A stretch of DNA of 64,000 nucleotides from Bacteroidota bacterium (GTDB lineage Bacteria > Bacteroidota > Bacteroidia > AKYH767-A > OLB10): the NCBI GenBank assembly GCA_024643795.1, contig JAHEMF010000009.1, forward strand, positions 15,955-79,954. The letters run 5' to 3'. Shown here piece by piece: positions 38,761-48,023 of the stretch. How positions within the stretch are numbered: the stretch's first letter is position 1; the number at the start of each line of letters is the position of its first letter. A model generated the notes under the pieces. The model was given only the letters and a program-made list of their open reading frames with translations, searched no databases and was not told the DNA's origin. The position numbers and the translations under genes were made by a program.

Positions 38761-41277
38761 TCACTTAAGGATCAAAGGAGCGTTGATAGAAGTTTTTCCG
38801 TTATGGATCCTTATAATATAATGTCCCCTGGCCAGTTCTTTTGTATCGAGCATAAGGTGATTGGCTGTGCTGTTGGCAGGTAATATGACTTTTTCGTGCA
38901 ATTGACCCAACAGGTCAAGCACCTCAATATTAACTACTTCATTTTCGTTCCACAGAAAATCAACTTCACAGGCATCTGTTGCTGGATTGGGATACACATT
39001 AATTTTCAGAGCATCATCAAATACAAATGCCTCCCTGCAGGAAATATCTACAAAGTATGAGTTTGACCCTCTGGCACATCCGTTGCTACTTGTTACTACA
39101 ACCTTATATTTTCCGGGATCATATGCTACATAATCAAGTCCTGTCTCACCCGGAATATCATTTGCATATTTTTTCCATTGGTAGGTAAGCCCGCTTCCCG
39201 AGTTTGCGGTGAATGTAACACTGTCTCCTACACAAATACTGGTTGGGCCATTTGCAGATATAATGGCGCTTGGAAGTGGCAGCACATTAACGGCAATTTT
39301 ATTTGAAGTTCTGGAACAACCAAATGGATCTGTGACAATGCAACGATATTTGCCATTGCCATATGCAAGATAACTTGCATTAGAAGCGCCATTAATAATA
39401 TTACCATATTTTTTCCATTGAAAATCGGTGCCAGTATCGGTGTTAACGCTCAATGTTACGTTATCTCCTTTGCAAATTGTAACCGGGCCGTTTGCACTAA
39501 CAGATGCTTTTGGAAGTTTATGAACATTTAAAGTTGCAGGAGTTCGGCTGCTGACACAAACTTGTCCTGACACCCCAATCTCCCAATCGTAAAAGAAATA
39601 ATAGAAATCTGTTCCGGCAGTTGAATTATGTATGGACAAATAGCCGGGAATTGTATAAGGATAATTTACACCACTATTGTTCCTATACAATGCAAATGTA
39701 TCAGCTCGAGTAATGGCATAGTTGGTTCCTGGCGAAAGGTACCAGTCAAGATTTACACGGCTTTCGCCGGATGGTACATTTACGGTAAGTGAGTCGGCAA
39801 TGACTCCTCCCGAATTGCGCAGCTCAACAGTCATGTCGCCTGCAGTTTGAGCAAATATTTTAACAGACTTTAATGTAAAGCCCGAAAGCACATCAAAAAT
39901 CAGACTTTGGCTGCTTGCAAAAAATGAACCAACGCCAATGCTATTATCAACAGGAAGACATTTGTTGATAAAAGGAGGGATGCTGTCAGTTACTTCAGCA
40001 TAGTAAGTAGTACTTGTATTCAAAAGAGGTGTTATTAGATCATTTCCTGTTGCGATCGGGCTACCTCCTGTAGCTATATCGTACCATTTAATTGATCCAC
40101 TCCCGCTAGCATGAAGTGTTCCAATGCCTTCAACACATACATGATCATCAGTGGTAATTGGCGCAGCACCAACCTCAGTAACCTGGAATGGTTGCGAAAT
40201 ACTGGAACCGCAGGCTGATGTAACAGATACTGTATACGTTCCCTGAGTGCTAACATTAATATTTTGTGTTGTTTCTCCTGTAGACCATTGGTATGAATAA
40301 TTGGGGCCATTTGGTGTTTCCAGGGTCATGCTGGTGCCAGAACAAAGAGATGAGATTCCGGATAGAGAACTAATATTTGCAGGAGGTGCACTTTCCTGCA
40401 GAGTGAGCGTATATGGTACGGCAATCACATTGTTGTTTTCATTTTCTTCTAAAAAATAATTGTGAGGGTCCAGCTCAACAACTATATAATAATCACCATT
40501 ACAAGTTCCGGGTGGAATGTCAATATACATGCCGGTAAGGCCCTGATAATAAATATCGGTGAACCCTGATGAGATTCCTTGTACTACCTGAGAACAGGAG
40601 TAAGCTCCACCCCCAAGCCCATAGTTTGGGAAACTGGAATTTGTAAGCACATTACCTAAGGAATCAACACAATGGCCGTTGTATCCCGAACATGTTCCAT
40701 AGTCCATAAGGCAGAATGCAAGTTTAGCGCCATTGCCAACAATTGGCCATGTAAGAGGATCAGGATTACTGGTTGCAGTGCGAAGGCTGAAGATGCCCCA
40801 ATCGTCAACGTGCATATGACCGTGAGAAGGATGATATGTCATGGAGCCTGCAGCTCTTTCGTAATATGACATAGCATTACCATTTTTATGGTAAACTCTC
40901 TGAACCAGGAGCTGTGTGGGCGGAAGCCCGGTGTTAGGACACGTAGCAGGAGCGGTCCCTGTTATGGTATCGGTTCCGCATATGTATTGTGTGGTTGTTC
41001 TCACTTCCAGCGGACCATGCCCAATGTTAGGTGTTGAAACAGAAATTCTGAGCTGACCATCATTCGCCCCATTTCCCGATTGGGAATATTCAATAACGCC
41101 GGCACTGCCATTTACCAGCAATGGCGGGCGGGCGGCAATGATATCTGGCAGAAGATCACAATCTGTGGTTGATGAAGACTCACAAACACACGAAGTGCCA
41201 TTTGATGTGGTACACTGAGCGGAAGCCATGTATGAGGTAACAGGCAACAGCAATCCCAGCAAGAGAAGTTTTTTCAT
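38761..41277 (-). CDS. Secreted lysyl-oxidase-like (LOX catalytic domain) protein with Cys-rich N-terminus, Ig-like repeats and T9SS type-A CTD
   Basis: Signal peptide MKKLLLLGLLLPVTSYMASAQ. The segment RVYHKNGN...YHPSHGHMHVDDWGIFSL...GAKLAFCLMDYGTC...QGISSGFTDIYYQGLTGMYIDIPPGTCNGDYYIVVELDP...ENENNNV lines up with the human LOX domain RVKNQG...[21 protein letters not shown]...GHKASFCLEDTSC...[38 protein letters not shown]...ESDYTNNV. Three Ig-like repeats follow. The CTD is VYPNPATDACEVDF...GHYIIRI. The track start at 41349 is a TTG. Confidence 0.75.
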   Translation of the reverse strand: MKKLLLLGLLLPVTSYMASAQCTTSNGTSCVCESSSTTDCDLLPDIIAARPPLLVNGSAGVIEYSQSGNGANDGQLRISVSTPNIGHGPLEVRTTTQYICGTDTITGTAPATCPNTGLPPTQLLVQRVYHKNGNAMSYYERAAGSMTYHPSHGHMHVDDWGIFSLRTATSNPDPLTWPIVGNGAKLAFCLMDYGTCSGYNGHCVDSLGNVLTNSSFPNYGLGGGAYSCSQVVQGISSGFTDIYYQGLTGMYIDIPPGTCNGDYYIVVELDPHNYFLEENENNNVIAVPYTLTLQESAPPANISSLSGISSLCSGTSMTLETPNGPNYSYQWSTGETTQNINVSTQGTYTVSVTSACGSSISQPFQVTEVGAAPITTDDHVCVEGIGTLHASGSGSIKWYDIATGGSPIATGNDLITPLLNTSTTYYAEVTDSIPPFINKCLPVDNSIGVGSFFASSQSLIFDVLSGFTLKSVKIFAQTAGDMTVELRNSGGVIADSLTVNVPSGESRVNLDWYLSPGTNYAITRADTFALYRNNSGVNYPYTIPGYLSIHNSTAGTDFYYFFYDWEIGVSGQVCVSSRTPATLNVHKLPKASVSANGPVTICKGDNVTLSVNTDTGTDFQWKKYGNIINGASNASYLAYGNGKYRCIVTDPFGCSRTSNKIAVNVLPLPSAIISANGPTSICVGDSVTFTANSGSGLTYQWKKYANDIPGETGLDYVAYDPGKYKVVVTSSNGCARGSNSYFVDISCREAFVFDDALKINVYPNPATDACEVDFLWNENEVVNIEVLDLLGQLHEKVILPANSTANHLMLDTKELARGHYIIRIHNGKTSINAPLILK

Positions 41278-41383
41278 ATAGATTAATACCCGGATATTGA
41301 ATATGAAAGGTAGCACATAATGCTGTCCGAGACAATTTTTTTCCGCCAACAGGCGTTTTTTTTTGGTGATGGTGGGCTGAGAC

Positions 41384-42550
41384 TCAATGTTTTAAAAGGG
41401 CCCCCAACTCCTTTTCAAATGATCTTACGAACTCAGTGTAGGCCTCACCTGTAGCGGGCCCACTGAATCCTGCATGTACTTTGTGTACCCGATGATCCCT
41501 TGAAAGGACAATTGTGGTTGGGAATGCCAGGAAATTATGGATCTGAGGCATTACCTCTTTTAGACGCGATCTATTGGTTGCTACCAGAACAGGATACTGG
41601 ATAGAAAATCTGCTTTTTAATCTTTCAACATTTGATGCAGCACGGTTAAAGTCGTCTGTTTTTTCAAAGGCAAGACCAACCACCTGCAATCCTGAATCCT
41701 TGAACTTCGCATAGAGTTCATTGAGATATTTTGATTCATCCAGACAATTCGGACACCAAGTACCCAGAATTTGAACAATGACAATTTTGTTTAAAAATAA
41801 ACTGTCTTTCAGGCTTACCAGCGTACTGTCTGTATTTGGAAATTCAAAATTAAATATTGGGTCAGCCGTAATCACAGAAGTTATAGAATCCGGATTGGCA
41901 ATTTCAAACGTAAGGTCATAGTACCCATTCCATATTTTTTTATTTCCCCATCCTGAACAATAAATGCCGGTTAATTTATTTTCTTGTACAGAAGCTTTGA
42001 ACAGATATATGAATGTTCCGTCAAAGCCTGATAAATAAAGGCTGTCGTCCTTAACCACGCCACTCAAATATCTGTAGTCGCCACTGGGGTGTAAAAATGT
42101 TCCATTAATAATTTGCCTTCTTTGTTCAAATACTCCAATTGCATTTGGCGAATCTTCTTCACCAAGAGTTACGGCGTAACGAGATCGTATTTGTGCAACC
42201 TTTTGATTTGCACTTTTTTGAGAAGGGTATTTTTCAGAGACTCCGAAAACAGCATTGAAAGGCATTGTGTTATTTTCGGTGCGGGTATGATTAATAAATA
42301 CTCCCGAAAGAGTTTTATGGTCAGTTATAGCAGCACGTAATTCAGTTTCATAAACAGGGAACTGCATGATTACAGAATCCTGCTCTACGGAAACATTTTC
42401 CATTTTTATAACCTCTTCACCATTGATCAATTCAATGGTATATGTATCATGATCGAGCGTAACATTGAAATTGAAAGGCAACTCATCCCCGCAAGGAAGT
42501 GACAAAACGGCCCTCCATAGACCCGTGGAAATTATGATCGCGTTTAGCAT
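41384..42550 (-). CDS. TlpA/AhpC-like thiol-disulfide oxidoreductase with N-terminal domain of unknown function
   Basis: WCPNC CxxC motif in a thioredoxin fold (ILGTWCPNCLDESKYL). An N-terminal domain of about 250 aa, uncharacterised, precedes it. Confidence 0.8.
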   Translation of the reverse strand: MLNAIIISTGLWRAVLSLPCGDELPFNFNVTLDHDTYTIELINGEEVIKMENVSVEQDSVIMQFPVYETELRAAITDHKTLSGVFINHTRTENNTMPFNAVFGVSEKYPSQKSANQKVAQIRSRYAVTLGEEDSPNAIGVFEQRRQIINGTFLHPSGDYRYLSGVVKDDSLYLSGFDGTFIYLFKASVQENKLTGIYCSGWGNKKIWNGYYDLTFEIANPDSITSVITADPIFNFEFPNTDSTLVSLKDSLFLNKIVIVQILGTWCPNCLDESKYLNELYAKFKDSGLQVVGLAFEKTDDFNRAASNVERLKSRFSIQYPVLVATNRSRLKEVMPQIHNFLAFPTTIVLSRDHRVHKVHAGFSGPATGEAYTEFVRSFEKELGALLKH

Positions 42551-42575
42551 ATATTATTCTTAACAAGGGGGAAAT

Positions 42576-43166
42576 TCAATCTTTGTTTAATAAAATAGAA
42601 CCTTCAATACGCAACAAAATAGGCTCACCGGTTCGGATTTTATTCTCTATCTGAATCACATACCCTTTAATGGGTTCGTAAGTCATTGTTTCGTACGAGG
42701 TATAATAAAAGTTTTTCTTTGAATGAACTGCCGTGAATCGAATCAATTTATTATCGGCAAATGTGATGGTTATATTCTTGAACTCAAGTAGCGAATCAAT
42801 GGCAGAATAAATCAAAGTCGATTTTTGACCCTCACTAACAGTATCTATTGTATAAGCTTGTTGCAATGCAGGTTTATTAAGGTCTATATCAATGAAGCTG
42901 CGTAGTTCATTATGCCAATCAACTGTTTTAATTATTTTGCTTTCAGACTCACCATTTGAGTCAACAATTTTTTCCAGGAATCGACCTTCATCTGAAAGGC
43001 GCTCAGCTTCGGATTTAAAATAATTTGGAATGTCAAAAAAGGTGACAGCAGGTGTATGGATATCCTGAGAATTCTCGCTTGAGCATGAACAGCAAAATAC
43101 ACATAGAATAAAAAAATAATTAAAGGCTTTGTGCCCTGTCAATATATTCCTGCCCTTTACTTTCAT
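42576..43166 (-). CDS. Hypothetical lipoprotein
   Basis: Lipobox-like FCCSCSS after a hydrophobic N-terminus. Overlaps the upstream gene's 3' end by 47 nt in a different frame. Confidence 0.5.
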   Translation of the reverse strand: MKVKGRNILTGHKAFNYFFILCVFCCSCSSENSQDIHTPAVTFFDIPNYFKSEAERLSDEGRFLEKIVDSNGESESKIIKTVDWHNELRSFIDIDLNKPALQQAYTIDTVSEGQKSTLIYSAIDSLLEFKNITITFADNKLIRFTAVHSKKNFYYTSYETMTYEPIKGYVIQIENKIRTGEPILLRIEGSILLNKD

Positions 43167-45234
43167 CTCCTAAAATTTTATAAGTTATCCCTAAGTTAAT
43201 CAATGCTTTTTTATTGTATGGTTCCTTTTCCACAACAATTTCAAAATACCTGATAGCTTGAGAATAATTTTGCATGGCAGCATAACAGTTGCCCATATTC
43301 AGCGTTGCATCAGTATACCCTGGATCTTGTTCCAATGCTGTCTGATATGCCTGGATGGCCTTGTCGAATGAATTTACAGCGGCATATGTATTGCCTTTGT
43401 TATACCATGCCTGTGGAAACTGCGGTTTTAATTTGATAGCTATTTCAAGTGAAGTTAAAGCACTATCGGCCACACCTTTTTCTGAATAGTACAGCCCAAG
43501 GTTATTATATGCTTCTGCATTTTCAGGTTCCATTGAAATAGCGATGTTAAGATCGCTGATAGCACTATTATATTTTTTTACCATTCCATATGCAATTCCT
43601 GATGAAACATAAAAATCAGCTTTGTCAAATGTTTTTTGACTTCTCGCGGTTTCAAATGCAGATACTGCCTTATCGCCATTACCTCTTTCTTTATAAGCGA
43701 GCCCAAGGTGATACCAGGCTTCAGAGTATGTAGATAAAATGGAAACGCCTTTTTCTAGTTGCACTATGCTTTTATCTAAATATAAATTTTTCTTTGAGAT
43801 ATCATTTTCTTTAAGTGCAAATTCTATCAATAATGCACTGCCGTATGCATATCGTATACGGGCACTGTTTGGACAAGTTCTGACATCCTTTTCCAAGAGA
43901 GTTATATTATCCTTCCAGTAACTATTTCTGTTAATTGTTAGAGTTCCATAGCCAATGACAATAGGTGCAAGGATCAGAATTGATAATGGTTTTGCTTTAA
44001 GCGAGGGCCATATATTATTTCCCTTGACTGTGCCAATTCCGCTTAGCTTTTGAATACCCCAACCAGCGGCAATGCAAAATCCTACCGAGGGAATGTATAA
44101 AAATCGTTCGGCCATGGTTGATTCTATCAAAAAAATAAGATTTGATACAAGCGATAATGTGATGGCAAAGAACAATATACCAAAGGCAGCAGCATTTCTG
44201 CTATATAAATTGCAGAACGCCCATGCAAGAGCAGCAACTACAATGATCATAGGGATCAAAGAAGGGGTGCTGAAGAGGTCAACCAGTTTTATCTGATCGT
44301 ATGAGTAATCAAATGATAAAGGGAAAGGTATGAACAACAGGTACAGGTATTTTCCTATTACCATGAAAGCACTCCCCAACTGTTGACCAAATGAGGTTGC
44401 TCCCAATAAAGAGTTGTTGATCAGCTGATGTTCGGCCGAGCCGGTAAGTGAACCAAGAATACTCAGGCGGAGGCCAATGTAAACAGCAGTTATAAATATA
44501 AATACAGTTAATGGAATCAATTGATCTTTAAACTTGACCCCATCCTTATACCAAACTATTAGTGGAACAATGCCTAAAAGAGTAACCGCACTTTCTTTGG
44601 ATAGGAAGCAAATAAAAAATGTAGAGGCTGAAATGATCAGAGCGGTACGCTTTTTATGATCAATATAGTTGATAAGGTAAACCAAGCTTAATAAACCGAA
44701 TAGTAAACAAAGTATTTCGTCTCTGCTTTTGATGTTTGCAACTACCTCCGTATGTATAGGGTGTATTGCAAATAAGAGGGTTGAAAAGAAGGCCAGCATA
44801 ACACTATTTGTTCCAAATAATGTAAAAATGAACCGGAATAATATCATTACAGTGATCGCAAAAAGTAAAATATTTATCAAGTGACCCGGAATTGGATTTT
44901 CGGGCCATATTTGATACTCTATTGCGAACATGGCGATACTAAGAGGCCTATACATTCCTTCATCCCTATCCCAAAAGCCAGCTCTGTATGAAGAAGTAAA
45001 GATCTCAGGTAATGCACTTACTCCTTTTTTGGTAATATCATTTCTGGAGATTACTGTTGCATCATCAACTGTAAAGTCGTGACCTGTGGTGTTGATGAAT
45101 AAAACCAGTGAAAGGACAGCACATATGATAGCCGGAGATAATACAAAGCCATGATTCACTGAATCAGGAGTTGCAGAAGCTACAGTTACTGTGTGCGATT
45201 CTTTTGGTGCTTTTTTCTTTCTGGATTTTTGCAT
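43120..45234 (-). CDS. Polytopic membrane protein with C-terminal TPR repeats (TMTC/PMT-like, DUF1736-type putative O-mannosyltransferase)
   Basis: About 10 TM helices. The DUF1736-like region is from my recall. About 8 C-terminal TPR repeats (AWYHLGLAY, AEAYNNLGLYY, AWYNKGNTY). Confidence 0.65.
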   Translation of the reverse strand: MQKSRKKKAPKESHTVTVASATPDSVNHGFVLSPAIICAVLSLVLFINTTGHDFTVDDATVISRNDITKKGVSALPEIFTSSYRAGFWDRDEGMYRPLSIAMFAIEYQIWPENPIPGHLINILLFAITVMILFRFIFTLFGTNSVMLAFFSTLLFAIHPIHTEVVANIKSRDEILCLLFGLLSLVYLINYIDHKKRTALIISASTFFICFLSKESAVTLLGIVPLIVWYKDGVKFKDQLIPLTVFIFITAVYIGLRLSILGSLTGSAEHQLINNSLLGATSFGQQLGSAFMVIGKYLYLLFIPFPLSFDYSYDQIKLVDLFSTPSLIPMIIVVAALAWAFCNLYSRNAAAFGILFFAITLSLVSNLIFLIESTMAERFLYIPSVGFCIAAGWGIQKLSGIGTVKGNNIWPSLKAKPLSILILAPIVIGYGTLTINRNSYWKDNITLLEKDVRTCPNSARIRYAYGSALLIEFALKENDISKKNLYLDKSIVQLEKGVSILSTYSEAWYHLGLAYKERGNGDKAVSAFETARSQKTFDKADFYVSSGIAYGMVKKYNSAISDLNIAISMEPENAEAYNNLGLYYSEKGVADSALTSLEIAIKLKPQFPQAWYNKGNTYAAVNSFDKAIQAYQTALEQDPGYTDATLNMGNCYAAMQNYSQAIRYFEIVVEKEPYNKKALINLGITYKILGDESKGQEYIDRAQSL

Positions 45235-45310
45235 TTGCCTAGGGGATAAACTTATGTAAAATCACCCTACACCTAATATCGCAAAGAATCAGGTTATTAA
45301 AACGTAATTG

Positions 45311-45934
45311 TTAATTCCCTTCCTTGATCAGAAAGTAGGAAACCGACTCATTCAGATCATCATATGTAACAGGCGAAAAGCCCTTCTTGCTGTACATATA
45401 GCTAAGAATCCCAAAATCTCCCGCACACATGGCATTATGAAAGAAAAGGCAAGCTGTTGTTGCTAAGATAATATCGGGGTCATTTGTGATAAAGAGAAGC
45501 AGTCCGATTGAGTTAATGACAATGAAAGGCGCCAGACCTATAAGCATGAAGTTTTTATAGTTTGCAATGAAATTGTGTGATGCAGCAGTAAAATACAGAG
45601 GCTTCCAATTTACACCAAAGGTAACATGCTTTGCTCCTGCCAGATAGTATGCCAACGCATGCACTCCTTCATGCAAAGGGATCAATAAGATAGTTGTTAA
45701 AACACCAAAGATTGCAGGAATTGCAGATGAAAGAAAGCCTCCTACAATCCATGATCTAATAAAGAAGAAACCAAAGGCACAAATGCCCATTACATTTACA
45801 AAATTGAAAAACTTAGTGAGCGGGTTTTTCCGGCGCAGATTTTCTATGACAAATGGAAATATTTCAGTGTGCCTCAAGCGTGCATCAATCCTGTAGCCTG
45901 CATTTATAAGTGAGAGCGGTTCACTATTTTCCAA
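45311..45934 (-). CDS. DUF3267-like membrane protein (putative zincin peptidase)
   Basis: PLHEGVHALAYY HExxH motif between TM helices; 207 aa. Confidence 0.6.
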   Translation of the reverse strand: MENSEPLSLINAGYRIDARLRHTEIFPFVIENLRRKNPLTKFFNFVNVMGICAFGFFFIRSWIVGGFLSSAIPAIFGVLTTILLIPLHEGVHALAYYLAGAKHVTFGVNWKPLYFTAASHNFIANYKNFMLIGLAPFIVINSIGLLLFITNDPDIILATTACLFFHNAMCAGDFGILSYMYSKKGFSPVTYDDLNESVSYFLIKEGN

Positions 45935-45948
45935 AATGAAATCAACTA

Positions 45949-46515
45949 TTAAGAGTAATCAAAAGAATGATCGGTTGAGTTGTTGTATTTATCGCCAGCA
46001 ACTCTTGTAAGGATACGGTTCAACTCTTCGGGCTTTCTGGTGCCGAGTAATTTTTGTTTTCCACTGCGGGTTGAGATCAATACTGCAAAATCCCCACCTA
46101 AATAATGCACCTCGCCATATTTACTGTTTCTGCCCCAGCCAGGCCAAACATTGTTTAACTGAATGATTGTTATTTCAGTGATAGCACTCCAATCATATAT
46201 CTGATATTTTTTTCTGAATGGGGTCCACCTAAAAAATATCCCATCATCATTGATTATGGTTTCCAGGCGCGTGATCAGGTAAAATACTAAAAATGGAGTT
46301 GGTATGAATAAGATCATTGAAATTAGCAATCCGGTATCAAGAGGTTTCATCCCCCACAATCTACTTGAGAGTTCTTGTTCCACAAAAGCATAAATAAAAA
46401 CCAGCTCAAGGAAGATCAAAAATGCAAGCAAATATTTATTATTGAACCGTTGCTTTTCATAAAAATTGAAGCTGGTTCGTTTGAATCCATGCCGGGTTGT
46501 TAGTACCTTTCCCAT
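45949..46515 (-). CDS. Hypothetical membrane protein with bacterial PH-like domain
   Basis: Two TM helices followed by a PH-like beta-rich segment. The internal ATG (MGKVL) is chosen because the longer track ORF overlaps the csaA-like gene on the other strand. Confidence 0.45.
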   Translation of the reverse strand: MGKVLTTRHGFKRTSFNFYEKQRFNNKYLLAFLIFLELVFIYAFVEQELSSRLWGMKPLDTGLLISMILFIPTPFLVFYLITRLETIINDDGIFFRWTPFRKKYQIYDWSAITEITIIQLNNVWPGWGRNSKYGEVHYLGGDFAVLISTRSGKQKLLGTRKPEELNRILTRVAGDKYNNSTDHSFDYS

Positions 46516-46572
46516 TTCCCAAAAATAAGCATACAGGTAACAGGGCGCAATACCTGATAAAGATATATTGAT

Positions 46573-46914
46573 ATGAAGCCAACGATCACATTTGAGCATT
46601 TTACTACTATTGATATCAGAACAGGCACTATTGTTAATGCCGAACCGTTTCACAATGCCAGAAAACCAGCCTACAAGCTTCTGATAGATTTTGGGAATGA
46701 GATTGGCCAAAAGAGGTCTTCTGCACAAATCACAGAACTGTATGGCCCCGAAAAATTAATTGGTCAACAAGTTATTGCGGTAATAAATCTGGCACCCAAA
46801 AAAATTGCCAATTATATTTCTGAGTGCCTTGTATTGGGTGTGCATACTACCGAATCAGATGTGGTTTTGTTGGTGCCTGAGAGAACAATTGAAAACGGAC
46901 TGATTATTTCATGA
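46573..46914 (+). CDS. csaA: tRNA-binding protein (CsaA/EMAP OB-fold)
   Basis: FTTIDIRTGTIVNAEP...KLLIDFG...VIAVINLAPKKI is the canonical CsaA pattern; 113 aa. Confidence 0.8.
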   Translation: MKPTITFEHFTTIDIRTGTIVNAEPFHNARKPAYKLLIDFGNEIGQKRSSAQITELYGPEKLIGQQVIAVINLAPKKIANYISECLVLGVHTTESDVVLLVPERTIENGLIIS

Positions 46915-47615
46915 CGAGCAAGATCTATTTAAATGAAGGAGTCTCAGCAAAAGAGTATTTTTTGGGAATCGATCTGTTGTTCAGGCAGAATGCGAATGAA
47001 CAATATGCAGTTCAAATGCAGAGATATATGAAGGATATATCAATGTTCTATGGAATAAAAGCAACAGACAGAAAGCAACTTAGCAAGGATTATATAATAA
47101 AAAACGGGATTCCCCCCATCGCTAAACTGCCGCAAATTGTAAAGTTATGCTGGGATGCTCCGTATCGCGAATTACAATATTTTGGCATGGAATTAATGAA
47201 TAGGTACAAGAGAAAATTCAGCTTGAATAACATAACGGAGATTGAATATATGATATTGCACGCTGCATGGTGGGATACAGTTGATTTTATATCCGTTCAT
47301 TTGGCCGGCGAATGGGGTATGAGGTTCCCCGATAAAATTGAGTCGGTTACCCGGTCATGGAATAAGGATAAAAATATTTGGCTGGTTCGGGCAAGCATAC
47401 TTTGGCAACTTAAATACAAAGACCAACTAAACAGTGAATTATTATTTTCATTGATAGAGCCACACACGAGCTCTCGTGAATTTTTTATCGCAAAAGCTAT
47501 AGGATGGGTACTACGGGAAAGATCAAAAAGCAATCCGGATGAGGTTAAGGATTTTATGGGAAGGGTAAAGCTTCAGCCTCTGAGCATACGCGAAGCCAGT
47601 AAATATCTTAATTAA
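46911..47615 (+). CDS. DNA alkylation repair protein (AlkD-like HEAT-repeat glycosylase)
   Basis: AlkD-family N-terminus (VSAKEYFLGI...QMQRYMKDISMFYGIK) and HEAT-like repeats. Overlaps csaA by 4 nt. Confidence 0.7.
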   Translation: MTSKIYLNEGVSAKEYFLGIDLLFRQNANEQYAVQMQRYMKDISMFYGIKATDRKQLSKDYIIKNGIPPIAKLPQIVKLCWDAPYRELQYFGMELMNRYKRKFSLNNITEIEYMILHAAWWDTVDFISVHLAGEWGMRFPDKIESVTRSWNKDKNIWLVRASILWQLKYKDQLNSELLFSLIEPHTSSREFFIAKAIGWVLRERSKSNPDEVKDFMGRVKLQPLSIREASKYLN

Positions 47616-47991
47616 GGCCAATTGCAGTAAGAACCCGGGCTTTTAACTCATTAAAATCAACCGGCTTAGCAATAAAATCATCAGCACCTGACTTTTGTGC
47701 CATTGACCGGTGCTCTTCATCATTGTAGGCACTGACCATAAATACTTTTAGGTGCGGAAAATCGTTTTTCAGGATCTTTAATAATTCAATTCCGGATCTA
47801 CCGGGCATGTTAATATCAGAGAGAACCAAAATAATATCCGTAGATGGCATATTGCGAAGTACTTCCAGTGCTTCATCCGCCGAAAAAGCAAAGTTAAACT
47901 TGATGATGCCTTCTTTAATTTCTTTTCTGAACTTTTGTACAAATAAAAACTCTACATCAGCTTCGTCATCAACAATTAGAATATTTTTCAT
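47608..47991 (-). CDS. Stand-alone response-regulator receiver domain (CheY-like)
   Basis: ILIVDDE...DINMP (phospho-Asp)...KVFMVSA...GADDFIAKP; 127 aa; no output domain. Confidence 0.8.
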   Translation of the reverse strand: MKNILIVDDEADVEFLFVQKFRKEIKEGIIKFNFAFSADEALEVLRNMPSTDIILVLSDINMPGRSGIELLKILKNDFPHLKVFMVSAYNDEEHRSMAQKSGADDFIAKPVDFNELKARVLTAIGLN

Positions 47992-48023
47992 ATATGATGA
48001 ATGTTATATACTATTTAGTAATG

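Noticed and set aside
41278-41383. CCGCCAACAGGCGG hairpin with T9 between the thioredoxin gene and the LOX-like gene as a terminator splitting the block
   Set aside because: The stem is only 4 to 5 bp GC-rich, flanked by A- and T-runs. It is too weak to call, so I still consider the block possibly co-transcribed.
43120-43166. 47-nt overlap between the TMTC-like gene's 3' end and the lipoprotein gene, as a possible frameshift or fusion
   Set aside because: Re-reading the sequence shows both frames terminate or initiate cleanly (EYIDRAQSL-stop, and MKVKGRNIL... with AGGAG 3 nt upstream of the ATG). It is a genuine out-of-frame overlap, not a disrupted gene.
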